DNA of 64,000 bases from an uncultured Gammaproteobacteria bacterium (GTDB lineage: Bacteria; Patescibacteriota; Patescibacteriia; UBA9934; GWF2-40-263), in NCBI GenBank assembly GCA_964399675.1, contig CAYNRK010000005.1, positions 766 to 64,765 on the forward strand. Reading direction: 5' to 3'. Positions 1-7,804 of the stretch are shown here, in pieces. A model generated the notes under the pieces. It saw only the letters and a program-made list of their open reading frames with translations, was not told where the DNA came from and searched no databases. Every line of letters begins with the position of its first letter. Within the stretch, counting starts at the first letter, position 1. The position numbers and the translations under genes are program-made.

Positions 1-10
1 GGTTAGTTGA

Positions 11-694
11 AAGAGCGGTGCATTATGTATGGAAGACATATTATTTAATCAGATTGTTTCATTAGAGAATTTGTTCGGTGCCTGGCGCGAGTTCCGTTTA
101 GGGAAACGATCCAGGTAAGATGTTCAAGAGTTTGAACGGCATCTTGAGGATAGGATTTTTGAGCTTCACAACGACTTGATCAACAATCGTTACCATCACG
201 ACCCGTACCACCGTTTTCACATCTTTGATCCAAAACACAGAATTATTCATAAAGCCAGTGTTCGGGATCGTTTGGTTCATCATGCAATTTATCGAATTCT
301 TTATCCTCTTTTTGATCGATCGTTTATTTTTGACAGTTACAGTTGTCGAATTGGGAAAGGAACTCACGCAGCTGTGAATCGTCTTGAGGTTTTTGTTCGT
401 AAAGTTAGTAAGAACCATACAGGCTCATGTTGGGCTTTGAAGTTTGATATTAAGAAGTTTTTTGATTCAGTGGATCATGGGGTGTTGATGGGAATTCTCA
501 CTCATGTCATTTCGAGCTTGCCGAGAGATCTCTCCGTTCGGCCTTTAGCCTCAGTCGAGATGACACAAATAAAAAAGACCATTGATCTTTTGGAGGAGAT
601 CGTTGGCTCCTATTCAACTCAAAAATCCTTAGGGGGGGGTTGTCTTCTGAAAGAGATTTTGAAAACCGTCCACCTCAATAAGCTCCTCTTCTAA
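11..694 (+). pseudogene. Decayed DGR-type reverse transcriptase (RT remnant)
   Basis: Frame-2 translation (..IVSLENLFGAWREFRLGKRSR*DVQEFERHLEDRIFELHNDLINNRYHHDPYHRFHIFDPKHRIIHKASVRDRLVHHAIY..) parallels the N-terminal half of the intact RT at 22965..24068 (ISFENLYLAWEDFRKGK.., KASVRDRVVHQAI, GKGVHPAVNRL, KCDISKYFDSIRH). It has an in-frame TAA at 116-118, a 59-nt palindromic insertion at 506-564 that is not a multiple of 3, a G8 run at 634-641, and is truncated before RT motifs 4/5. Its 3' end overlaps the wbaP stop. Confidence 0.6.
506..564. repeat. Palindromic MITE-like insertion inside the RT pseudogene (gtcatttcgag ... gtcgagatgac)
   Basis: Outer inverted repeat gtcatttcgag / gtcgagatgac with an inner near-palindrome cgagagatctctccg. 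It interrupts RT homology between ..VLMGIL and IKKTIDLLEEI. Termini resemble the gtcattgcgag...ctcgcaatgac element at 5216..5332. Confidence 0.4.
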
Positions 695-2096
695 AAACTA
701 CCACTAGTGGCGTTTTAAGCAAAATGATGAGGTCTAGCCAAGGGCCCCAGTTTTCAATGTAATAAGTATCTAAGCGCACTTCATCATCAAAATCCAAATC
801 AGCTCTACCACTGATTTGTGCCATGCCTGTGATACCGGGTTTAATAGTATGAACTTTTTTGTGTTCGGGTTTGTAGGTTTTTACTTCTTCCGGGTAGTGG
901 GGCCGAGGTCCAACAAGTGACATTCTGCCCATAAGTACGATATAGAATTCAGGGAGTTCGTCCAGGCTAAATTTTCTAATCAACTTTCCAACTTTAGTTA
1001 CACGAGGGTCGTCTTTGAGTTTAAAAAGTGGTGAACCCTCTCGTTCGTTTCCATGTTTTTTTATAAACTCGGGATCAAAACGAAGTTTGTGGGCATCTCT
1101 GATCATTGAGCGAAACTTAAAATAATGAAACGGTTTTCCATTCTGGCCAATGCGCGTGATTTTTTTACCTTTTGGATCTTTTGAAAAAAGAACACCTCCA
1201 GGTTGTTCTAAAAAGAGTGCAATGGCAACGACCAGTTGGATTGGTGAAGTTAAGATGATAAGAACAAGCGCGCCCAAAATATCAAAGAGTCGTTTGTAAA
1301 TAGCCCCCCAGCCATCAAGCGGAGTTTTGCGTACTTCAATTACAGGTATACCTGCGTAAGTATGATTGATTGAACGTCCGGCTGCTGCTGCAAAAAGATC
1401 TGCTGAATAAAGGAACCCCAAGTGCTCAGTGTTTGTAAGTTGAATGATTTCAAGAGTTGTTTGTCGTGAAACTTCCGGATCGGCAAGTACAACTTCATCA
1501 ATTTTGTCGCTGCGTTTCATGCGGCGGATTCGATCAGCAACACTTTTATTGAATTCATTAAATTCTGAGATAACTTTAAATCCAAGCCGTTTTTTATTTT
1601 GGAATTCTTCTTTTAATGCCGAGCTGGTTGAATTATTGCCAATGATTACGATTCTGTGCACGCCGATTCCAGTTTTAAGAAGTGATCGTTGCAAGGCCCT
1701 AATAACAAGTCGTGCAACACAGACAAACAAAATTGAAAGACCCCATGCGGCAATTGCAATGAATCGGGATTCAAAAAGCGTGCGCGAGAAAAAGGTGATT
1801 GCAAAAACAAGTGCCATGGAAGATGAGCAGGCAAGTCCAATGCGCGTAAGCTCTGAAGCAATTGATTTCCTGCTTACTGTGTAAAGTCCGGAAACAGCAA
1901 ATACTAAAATCCAAATGAAAATGATTGGTGCAACTACTTTGAGATAACCTGAAAGTTGAAGATCAAAGATAACTGGTCGCATTGTTGTGAAGTATGGATG
2001 AAAGCGAGCATAAAAAGCCGCAACAGCAGCGGCAAAGAGTGCAAGTAAGTCAATTGGAACAAGTGCAAGTGTAAAGGCAAGTTCTGAACGTTTCAT
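675..2096 (-). CDS. Polyprenyl-phosphate hexose-1-phosphate transferase (WbaP/EpsB-type initiating sugar transferase)
   Basis: Multi-TM N-terminus, central Rossmann-like region, and a C-terminal bacterial sugar transferase domain (..LFSKDPKGKKITRIGQNGKPFHYFKFRSM.., DELPEFYIVLMGRMSLVGPRP, KPGITGMAQISGR). Confidence 0.85.
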   Translation of the reverse strand: MKRSELAFTLALVPIDLLALFAAAVAAFYARFHPYFTTMRPVIFDLQLSGYLKVVAPIIFIWILVFAVSGLYTVSRKSIASELTRIGLACSSSMALVFAITFFSRTLFESRFIAIAAWGLSILFVCVARLVIRALQRSLLKTGIGVHRIVIIGNNSTSSALKEEFQNKKRLGFKVISEFNEFNKSVADRIRRMKRSDKIDEVVLADPEVSRQTTLEIIQLTNTEHLGFLYSADLFAAAAGRSINHTYAGIPVIEVRKTPLDGWGAIYKRLFDILGALVLIILTSPIQLVVAIALFLEQPGGVLFSKDPKGKKITRIGQNGKPFHYFKFRSMIRDAHKLRFDPEFIKKHGNEREGSPLFKLKDDPRVTKVGKLIRKFSLDELPEFYIVLMGRMSLVGPRPHYPEEVKTYKPEHKKVHTIKPGITGMAQISGRADLDFDDEVRLDTYYIENWGPWLDLIILLKTPLVVVFRRGAY

Positions 2097-2149
2097 ACGA
2101 AATCTATATTAACAAAACATTTGTGTTTTTGCGAGGTATTAATAGATTC

Positions 2150-2262
2150 CCCTCCTTTTCAAGGAGGGGTTTCCGCCAAAGGCGGATCAGCCTCTGGCTG
2201 AAGGGGTGGTTATGATTCAGAGTTCTAACCCCCTGTAGTCCCCCTTGAAAAGGGGGACATTC
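2150..2262. other. Array of four short GC-rich hairpins
   Basis: Four hairpins: cccctcc-ttttcaa-ggagggg; ccgcc-aaa-ggcgg; cagcc-tct-ggctg; ccccc-ttgaaaa-ggggg. They lie between the terminator of 2331..3464 and the start of wbaP. Function unknown (structured leader or ncRNA?). Confidence 0.3.
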
Positions 2263-2267
2263 ATCGA

Positions 2268-2312
2268 AATAGAAACACCCCCGTGGCCAGCTGGCTGCGG
2301 GGGTGCGAGTGA
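2268..2312 (-). terminator. Rho-independent terminator of paralog gene 1
   Basis: cccccgtggccagctggctgcggggg stem-loop, followed on the minus strand by a T-rich tract (rc of aatagaaacac). Confidence 0.5.
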
Positions 2313-2330
2313 AGTGGTCGAGGAGTTCGT

Positions 2331-3464
2331 CTACTCGCCGTCTTCCTCCCTGGGAAGCCTGAGGCGCGAGATCATGAGTCGGTACTTGTGCCTGTGACGC
2401 TTGAGCGCCTTCATGTCGTCCTGGACGACATGAGCCCACATGTTGACCAGACCCACGTTTTCGATGTCGTGGGCGAACATGATCAGCCACGCGCGGTAGA
2501 TGCGCATCAGGTCTTCGTCGATCCGGGAAGCGAGTGCGCGGCGGTACATCATGCCGTGCATTTTTTGGCCTGAGGCTTGGATGAAGTCCGCATCTTCGTC
2601 GGCCTTCTCTGCGAAGTCGTCGAAGTTGAACTGTGTTGCCGTGAAGTGATGCTCGAGTCTCTTTGCAAGCTCCTGCTTTTGCGGGTCGGACAGCAGCTTG
2701 ATCGCCGTGCGAACCCATGGTCCGACCTTGAGCAGGACGGAAGGGTTTGCCACGAGTTTCTTGAGGGCTTCGGTGACCAGGTCGAACTCGTATTCTTCCG
2801 CCAGGAAGAACCCGAATGGTGTGAATCCGTCTCCCAACATCTGGTAGTTGGAGTAGTACGCGAACTGCTGGTACGAGGTCTCGAGCTCGGTGGTTGTTTC
2901 CAGGCCCTTCATGAGCAATCCCGCCAGCTCTTTGGGATCGCCCGAGAACTCGATCTTGTGATCCCGTGTTCGCCTTTCTCTTACGTGAACCGAACAGGTT
3001 ACGTAGTCGAGCTTGTCGGCCTCGCGCTTTAGCCAGTTTCCGTACGGTTCCATCGACTTATTGGACACGTCCAGGACGAACTCTGCTGCTGGAAGCAGCA
3101 GCTTCTTCTTGATCTTGGACGGAAGCTTGGGCAAGCTTGTTCCGAACGCGAATGCGCCTCTGACGGCTGCTTCCTTGGTTGCGATCAGCTCTGCCTTGCC
3201 CGCTTTGTCAGCGTCGACCTCTGCCTTGACCTTTGCGAACTCACTCGGGTTGAGCTTCTCGGCTTCCTCGAGCGTGCAGTCGACTCCCTTCTTGAGCTCG
3301 TTGGCGGGTCGTCCGAGTTCTGGCTCGGCTTCGACCTGAGCTACCGGAGCTGCTGCGGCTTCTTCGTTGTTGCTGAAGATCCACGAGCCAGTGGCCCAGA
3401 GCGCGAACGCTGCGACAGCAAGTAGCCCGACGACGATTGCGATTGCGTAACGGTTACGTAGCAC
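2331..3464 (-). CDS. Exported protein, paralog 1 of a four-member family (unknown function)
   Basis: GTG start preceded by aaggagg. Hydrophobic N-terminal anchor/signal. Conserved blocks shared with 3677..5137, 5411..6466 and 6607..7728: ELAGL, GPWVRTAIKLL, LMYRRALASRIDEDLMRIYRAWL..FAHDIE, W.HVVQDD.K.L. GC-rich. Confidence 0.65.
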   Translation of the reverse strand: MLRNRYAIAIVVGLLAVAAFALWATGSWIFSNNEEAAAAPVAQVEAEPELGRPANELKKGVDCTLEEAEKLNPSEFAKVKAEVDADKAGKAELIATKEAAVRGAFAFGTSLPKLPSKIKKKLLLPAAEFVLDVSNKSMEPYGNWLKREADKLDYVTCSVHVRERRTRDHKIEFSGDPKELAGLLMKGLETTTELETSYQQFAYYSNYQMLGDGFTPFGFFLAEEYEFDLVTEALKKLVANPSVLLKVGPWVRTAIKLLSDPQKQELAKRLEHHFTATQFNFDDFAEKADEDADFIQASGQKMHGMMYRRALASRIDEDLMRIYRAWLIMFAHDIENVGLVNMWAHVVQDDMKALKRHRHKYRLMISRLRLPREEDGE

Positions 3465-3508
3465 AACGCCTCCTTTTGTAGACGTAAGTTGGTAAGGTGC
3501 AGGGAGTG

Positions 3509-3537
3509 AAGATACCAGAAAATAAGGCTTTTGTCAA
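3509..3537 (-). promoter_or_regulatory. Sigma70-type promoter of paralog 1 (TTGACA-17-TATCTT)
   Basis: rc of 3509-3537 reads TTGACAaaagccttattttctggTATCTT. It is followed by the conserved leader ..ccttaccaacttacgtctacaaaaggagg and then GTG. Confidence 0.55.
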
Positions 3538-3546
3538 TAGTTAAAA

Positions 3547-3575
3547 ACAAAAAATTCCCAAAAATTGGGAATTTT
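3547..3575. promoter_or_regulatory. Perfect dyad aaaaattccc-aaaaatt-gggaattttt upstream of the paralog-1 promoter (candidate operator)
   Basis: 11-bp arms in perfect inverted repeat, centred about 30 bp upstream of the -35. A similar dyad cccccaaaattttgggag occurs at 8698..8730. Confidence 0.35.
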
Positions 3576-3584
3576 TTAATAGAA

Positions 3585-3652
3585 ACACCCGCCGTCGCTC
3601 TTGTAGAGCTATGGCGGGCGAGGCCCCCGTAGCCAGCTGGCCGCGGGGGTGT
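3585..3652 (-). terminator. Terminator region of paralog 2 (two GC hairpins)
   Basis: acccgccgtcgctc..gagctatggcgggcg and cccccgtagccagctggccgcggggg. T-rich on the minus strand after the first (rc of aatagaaac). Confidence 0.45.
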
Positions 3653-3676
3653 ACGTCGTTGAGCTCGACGAGTCGT

Positions 3677-5137
3677 CTACTCGCGAGGGGTGATCGAGGG
3701 AACGCAGTGGCCCTGGATGCTCAGCATCTCGAGCTTGACCTCCGGAACTGTGTTCATGAGTTTTTGGATCTCCGCGGCAAAGCCGGTTGGGAGATCGTGG
3801 AGCGTACAGCGTTTGGCCTTGACCACGACGCCTTGCTTCTGATCACCTTCGGCCTTGGCTCGGGCATCTTCCAGCTCTCCGGCTCGCTTGACCCCCTCCA
3901 GGTACGCTCGGTGGTCGGCATCGGCGTGCTCGGAAGCGCTGAGCTGTCCGTCACCGTCCTTGTCGCCCTTGAGCGGGGTATCGTGGTTCGCCCCCTTGAT
4001 CGGGAGGTCGTCGGCTTCCGGGGCTTTGTCGTGATCCGTGGCTGCCACGACTTCGCCGAGCAGCTCCTCGTAGAACTTCTTGTCCGCCCCGAGCTTTGCG
4101 AGATCATCCTGGGCGTCGTGGATCCAGAGCGCTGCCTCGTCTCCCTCGATGTCGTGTGCGAACACGGCCAGCCAGATCCGGTAGATCCGGATCATGTCTG
4201 CGTCAGCCTTGGACGCGATTGCCCGACGATAGAGCATGCTCTGCATGGGGTTGTCCTTCGCAAAGGATTCTGTGTCGTCCTCGTCCTCTTCGTCGTACTT
4301 GATCTCCTCGTCGAACGTCTCCCAGTCGAACCCGCTTGCTTGCCAGAGCTCGGTGAGTCTCCGGTTGAGCGCATTCCTCTGGGACTCGTTGAGGGTTCGA
4401 ATGGCGGTTCTGATCCAGGGGCCGCTCAAGCGCAGGGCGGTTCTGTTGGCCACGAGTTTTTTGAGGAGCTCCACGATTGGGTCGTACAACGAACCCTCTT
4501 CGCGATCGAACTTGCCGTACGGGATGAACTTGCCCTCGTGGTAGTACCTGTACTGCACGTCCACATCCGGGTTGGCGTGATCGGTTTTCGGGTTGTCCAG
4601 TCCAGACGCGATCAGGCCGGCCAGATCCTGAGGCCTACCTGAGAAGGTTACGGTCTGGGTGACCGCGTCCTTCCTCCAGCTGCTCTCCTTGACCTTGCAT
4701 GTCCAGTAGGTCCGTCCGTCTGCAGGACGGGTTACCAGCACCTGCGATCCCTCCAGCACATTCGTGCTTCTGCTGAGCACCAGGGGAACCGGCGGGAACC
4801 GGTTGTTCTTCAGGATCGGAAGGTCTTTGGGCGCACGCTTCACCTTGCCTCTCAGCAACTTGAAGCTGTCCTTGACGTCTGTTGCGAGCTCTGAGAGCTC
4901 GTCCTGTGCAGCCTGGGCTTTGCTGCGGATCTCTTGCTCTGTAGTCCGCGTTTCCTCGGGGTTGAGCCGCCGTGCAATCTCAGGGGTGCACTCAGTACTG
5001 GTGTCGAACTTGTTGTCCGGATCCGGGAGTGCCTTGGGGGTCTTGACTACCTTGGCTGCGGGTTCTGGCTTGCGATCTGCGCCGCAGGCGCAGAGCATGG
5101 CCGCAGTGGCCACTGCGAGAATGTAGGTGCGTAGCAC
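3677..5137 (-). CDS. Exported lipoprotein-like protein, paralog 2 (unknown function)
   Basis: Start trimmed to the GTG at 5137-5135 (GTG CTA CGC ACC TAC = M L R T Y), analogous to paralog 1 MLRNRY, paralog 4 MLRARV and paralog 3 MRHTY; it is preceded by aaaggag. The ORF-track start at 5194 is a TTG inside the promoter. N-terminus ..AVATAAMLCACGADRK is lipobox-like. Carries the conserved family blocks plus a long acidic C-terminal extension. Confidence 0.6.
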   Translation of the reverse strand: MLRTYILAVATAAMLCACGADRKPEPAAKVVKTPKALPDPDNKFDTSTECTPEIARRLNPEETRTTEQEIRSKAQAAQDELSELATDVKDSFKLLRGKVKRAPKDLPILKNNRFPPVPLVLSRSTNVLEGSQVLVTRPADGRTYWTCKVKESSWRKDAVTQTVTFSGRPQDLAGLIASGLDNPKTDHANPDVDVQYRYYHEGKFIPYGKFDREEGSLYDPIVELLKKLVANRTALRLSGPWIRTAIRTLNESQRNALNRRLTELWQASGFDWETFDEEIKYDEEDEDDTESFAKDNPMQSMLYRRAIASKADADMIRIYRIWLAVFAHDIEGDEAALWIHDAQDDLAKLGADKKFYEELLGEVVAATDHDKAPEADDLPIKGANHDTPLKGDKDGDGQLSASEHADADHRAYLEGVKRAGELEDARAKAEGDQKQGVVVKAKRCTLHDLPTGFAAEIQKLMNTVPEVKLEMLSIQGHCVPSITPRE

Positions 5138-5183
5138 TAGACGTCTCCTTTGTAGACGTAAGTTGGTAAGGTGCGGAGAATGA

Positions 5184-5212
5184 AGATACCACAAAATAGG
5201 CTTTTTGTCAAT
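5184..5212 (-). promoter_or_regulatory. Sigma70-type promoter of paralog 2 (TTGACA-17-TATCTT)
   Basis: rc reads TTGACAaaaagcctattttgtggTATCTT, followed by the conserved leader. Confidence 0.5.
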
Positions 5213-5215
5213 ATT

Positions 5216-5332
5216 CTTGCGTCATTGCGAGGAGGCCATCCGACGGCCGACGAAGCAACCCCGTTTTCGAGTTCGTAAACGAGATTGCTTCGCTTAATAA
5301 GCTATTCTCGCTCGCAATGACGCGAGTTGCAG
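5216..5332. repeat. Nested palindromic MITE/REP-like element (gcgtcattgcgaggagg ... ctcgcaatgacgc)
   Basis: Outer IR cgtcattgcgag / ctcgcaatgacg with an inner IR gaagcaa / ttgcttc. It is an extra ~117 bp here compared with the other three inter-paralog spacers. A partial inverted copy lies at 13585..13640. Confidence 0.45.
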
Positions 5333-5344
5333 TTTTCCAAATAG

Positions 5345-5385
5345 AAACACCCGCCGTCGCTCTTGTTGAGCTATGGCAGGTGAAG
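5345..5385 (-). terminator. Terminator of paralog 3
   Basis: acccgccgtcgctcttgttgagctatggcaggtg hairpin, preceded on plus by aaatagaaac (a T-run on the minus transcript). Confidence 0.45.
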
Positions 5386-5410
5386 TGGCTGGTTAGGCCG
5401 AGAGGGGTGT

Positions 5411-6466
5411 CTACTTGAGGCCTTGGACGAGCCGCTTGTAGAACGACTTGTCTTTCCGGAGCTTCCTGACGTCCTCTTGGACTTCGTGGATCCAGAGTCC
5501 GGCCTGGTCTGCCTCAATGTCTTGCGCAAGCGCTGCCAGCCAGATCCGGTAGATCCGGATCATGTCCTCGCCGATCTTGGAGGCCTTGGCGCGTTGGTAG
5601 AGCATTAGGCACATGGGATCCATTCTGCCGAAGTTGGCTTTTTTCACCCCCGAGTACTTGAGTCGGGTTGCATGCCAGAGCTCGAGAAGCCGTCGGTTGA
5701 GTCCGGTTCGTTGATCTTTGGTCAAGCCTTGCGCGATCTTGCGAACCCAGGGCCCGGCCTTCTTCACCGCCTTTGGGTTGGCGACGAGCTTTCGCAGCAG
5801 CATGACGATCGGGTCCTTGCCGTCGCTTCCTCTGAGGAACTTGCCGTACGGGATGAAATTCCCATTTGCGTAGAAGTGGTGTTGGCCAAAGCTGCCATCG
5901 TCTTTGTGGTTGCCAGGATGATGTGCCAGGCCCTTGACGATCATGCCGGCAAGCGTTCTGGGCAATCCATCGAATGGCACGTTGCGTGTGATCTCGCCTG
6001 ACTTGTCGAATTCTGGCACGACCTCGCAGGTGATATAGGTATAGTTGTCTGCCTTACGGGTCTTGGCAGGACAGTTGGGAGCGAGTCCTTTTTTGAAACG
6101 GACAGTGACGTTCACTGGAACCTGAGGGAACCTGCCTTTTCTGAGCAAGGGCAGATTCCTGGGAGCGTTTTTGATCCGCTCGTTGAGGTGGATCATCCCG
6201 TGATGTACGTCACTCTCGATGGCCTGGAAGTCTGTACGTGCCTTTTTTTCATGCTCGCGCAGTTGAGCTTCTGCACGATTGACCGAGTTTGGATGGAGCC
6301 TTGACCCCACCTCTACGGTGCATTGGTTGCACTCGCAATAGTCTGGAGCCGAGCCCAACAGTTTCGGTTCTTTCCCGGACGACTCGTCCGATGATGACTC
6401 ATCCGATCCGCTGCAAGCGCACAGCATGGCCGAAACGACCATTGCGAGAATGTAGGTATGACGCAT
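5411..6466 (-). CDS. Exported lipoprotein-like protein, paralog 3 (unknown function)
   Basis: ATG start. MRHTYILAMVVSAMLCACSGSDESSSDESSGKEP has a signal + Cys + Ser-rich linker. Conserved blocks: GPWVRKIAQGL, LMLYQRAKASKIGEDMIRIYRIWL, LWIHEVQEDVRKL. Confidence 0.65.
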   Translation of the reverse strand: MRHTYILAMVVSAMLCACSGSDESSSDESSGKEPKLLGSAPDYCECNQCTVEVGSRLHPNSVNRAEAQLREHEKKARTDFQAIESDVHHGMIHLNERIKNAPRNLPLLRKGRFPQVPVNVTVRFKKGLAPNCPAKTRKADNYTYITCEVVPEFDKSGEITRNVPFDGLPRTLAGMIVKGLAHHPGNHKDDGSFGQHHFYANGNFIPYGKFLRGSDGKDPIVMLLRKLVANPKAVKKAGPWVRKIAQGLTKDQRTGLNRRLLELWHATRLKYSGVKKANFGRMDPMCLMLYQRAKASKIGEDMIRIYRIWLAALAQDIEADQAGLWIHEVQEDVRKLRKDKSFYKRLVQGLK

Positions 6467-6513
6467 TGGCCGTCTCCTTGTGGTAGACGTAGGTTGATAA
6501 GGTACGGAGAGTT

Positions 6514-6542
6514 AAGATACTACAAAATCAGCTTTTTGTCAA
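6514..6542 (-). promoter_or_regulatory. Sigma70-type promoter of paralog 3 (TTGACA-17-TATCTT)
   Basis: rc reads TTGACAaaaagctgattttgtagTATCTT plus the conserved leader. Confidence 0.5.
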
Positions 6543-6549
6543 TAATAGA

Positions 6550-6585
6550 AACACCCCCGCGGTCAGCTGGTTGCGGGGGTATGTG
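6550..6585 (-). terminator. Terminator of paralog 4
   Basis: cccccgcggtcagctggttgcggggg hairpin; minus transcript continues tgtttctattatt. Confidence 0.5.
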
Positions 6586-6606
6586 TGTTGAGCCAAGAAG
6601 TCCTGT

Positions 6607-7728
6607 CTATTCCTCTTCCACTTTCTTGGGAAGGTTGAGGCGCGAGATGAGCAGCCTATACTTGTGTTTGTCCCTCTCGAGCTTCTTGAGATCCTCGCGG
6701 ACAACGTGCGCCCACTTGGCAACCTGGGCCTCTGCTCCTGCGTCGTGCGCGAACGTGATCAGCCAGGCTCTGTAGATCCTCATGAGATCTTCGCCAATGC
6801 GGGAAGCGAGCGCGCGACGGTACATGAGGCCGTGCATTTCGTTTCCGTCACTTTGTGTGAAGTCCTTATCGGCGTTGACCTGCTTGGCGAACTCGTCAAA
6901 GTCAAAGACGGTTGCCTTCCACAACTCCTCGAATCGCCCTGACAACACTCGTTTTTGCCCTTCGGGCAAAAGCTTGATCACCTTACGAACCCACGGTCCA
7001 GCATGTAGCAAGAAGAAGGGAGACACTACGAGCTCTTTGAGTTTTTCAGTGATTGGATCATGAATTGACCCATTAGGCTCGAAAGTTACCAAAGGGATGA
7101 ATCCGAATCCTTCTTCTGCGTCATAGTTGGAGTAGTACGTGTATTGTTCGTTGGTGTCTTCGAATCCAAAATCTTCGATTTTGTATAGTACCAGCCCTGC
7201 GAGTTCACGCGGGTTTCCAGAGAATTGCCCCATGTTTTCGTGGGTCATGTATTCGGTGTGATTGGTTATGCAGGTCGTATATGCGAGACCATCGGATTCG
7301 CGTTCCATTTCGAATTCGTAGGTTTCGAGATAGTTTTCTGGAACACTGAGCCAGAAGACGGGTTTTGCAAGCTGCACCTTTTTCTTTAGCTTGAATGGAG
7401 TTTTTGGAAGACTCCTTCCAAGCTCAAAGGCGCTTTTCAACGATGCTTTTACCCCTTCGATTTTTTTGGGATTTGCAGCCTCAGCATCTTCGAACTCTTT
7501 TTTGGATGATGCAGAGTGCTCTGGATCAAGCTTCCCAGCCATCACCTCAGTGCACTCCTCACCTTCCTTGAGTTCATTGCTTGGTCTGGGAAGCGGTTGA
7601 GGTTCAATGTCTGTTTGCGCGACTGGTTTTGGTGCTTCTGCGTTCGGGCTGAAACGCCAGAGCAGAAGAACTGCTGCGGCCAAGATCAAGGCCGCTCCGA
7701 CTACTGCAGCTACTCTTGCACGTAGCAT
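6607..7728 (-). CDS. Exported protein, paralog 4 (unknown function)
   Basis: ATG start. N-terminal hydrophobic anchor. Conserved blocks shared with paralog 1 along the whole length (PSNELKEGEECTE.., RELAGL, GPWVRKVIKLL, LMYRRALASRIGEDLMRIYRAWLITFAHD, WAHVVREDLKKL). Confidence 0.65.
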   Translation of the reverse strand: MLRARVAAVVGAALILAAAVLLLWRFSPNAEAPKPVAQTDIEPQPLPRPSNELKEGEECTEVMAGKLDPEHSASSKKEFEDAEAANPKKIEGVKASLKSAFELGRSLPKTPFKLKKKVQLAKPVFWLSVPENYLETYEFEMERESDGLAYTTCITNHTEYMTHENMGQFSGNPRELAGLVLYKIEDFGFEDTNEQYTYYSNYDAEEGFGFIPLVTFEPNGSIHDPITEKLKELVVSPFFLLHAGPWVRKVIKLLPEGQKRVLSGRFEELWKATVFDFDEFAKQVNADKDFTQSDGNEMHGLMYRRALASRIGEDLMRIYRAWLITFAHDAGAEAQVAKWAHVVREDLKKLERDKHKYRLLISRLNLPKKVEEE

Positions 7729-7768
7729 CGGTACTCTCCTTGATCGTATTGGTAAGGTGCGGAGAGTT

Positions 7769-7797
7769 AAGATATTACAAAATTAGCTTTTTGTCAA
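7769..7797 (-). promoter_or_regulatory. Sigma70-type promoter of paralog 4 (TTGACA-17-TATCTT)
   Basis: rc reads TTGACAaaaagctaattttgtaaTATCTT plus the conserved leader. Confidence 0.5.
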
Positions 7798-7804
7798 TAC
7801 GAAA

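Noticed and set aside
2104-2718. 204-aa Arg-rich minus-strand ORF
   Set aside because: Overlaps the 3' end of paralog 1 and the hairpin array in another frame. Low-complexity Arg/Pro composition typical of an out-of-frame read of GC-rich DNA.
3611-4642. 343-aa plus-strand ORF
   Set aside because: Fully antisense to paralog 2, which has family conservation, a promoter and a terminator. Regarded as a GC-driven spurious ORF.
5138-5194. N-terminal 19 codons of the ORF-track version of paralog 2 (TTG start)
   Set aside because: The TTG lies inside the TTGACA-17-TATCTT promoter and leader that is conserved in front of all four paralogs. The conserved GTG/ATG + MLR(T/N/A)(Y/R) start is at 5137.
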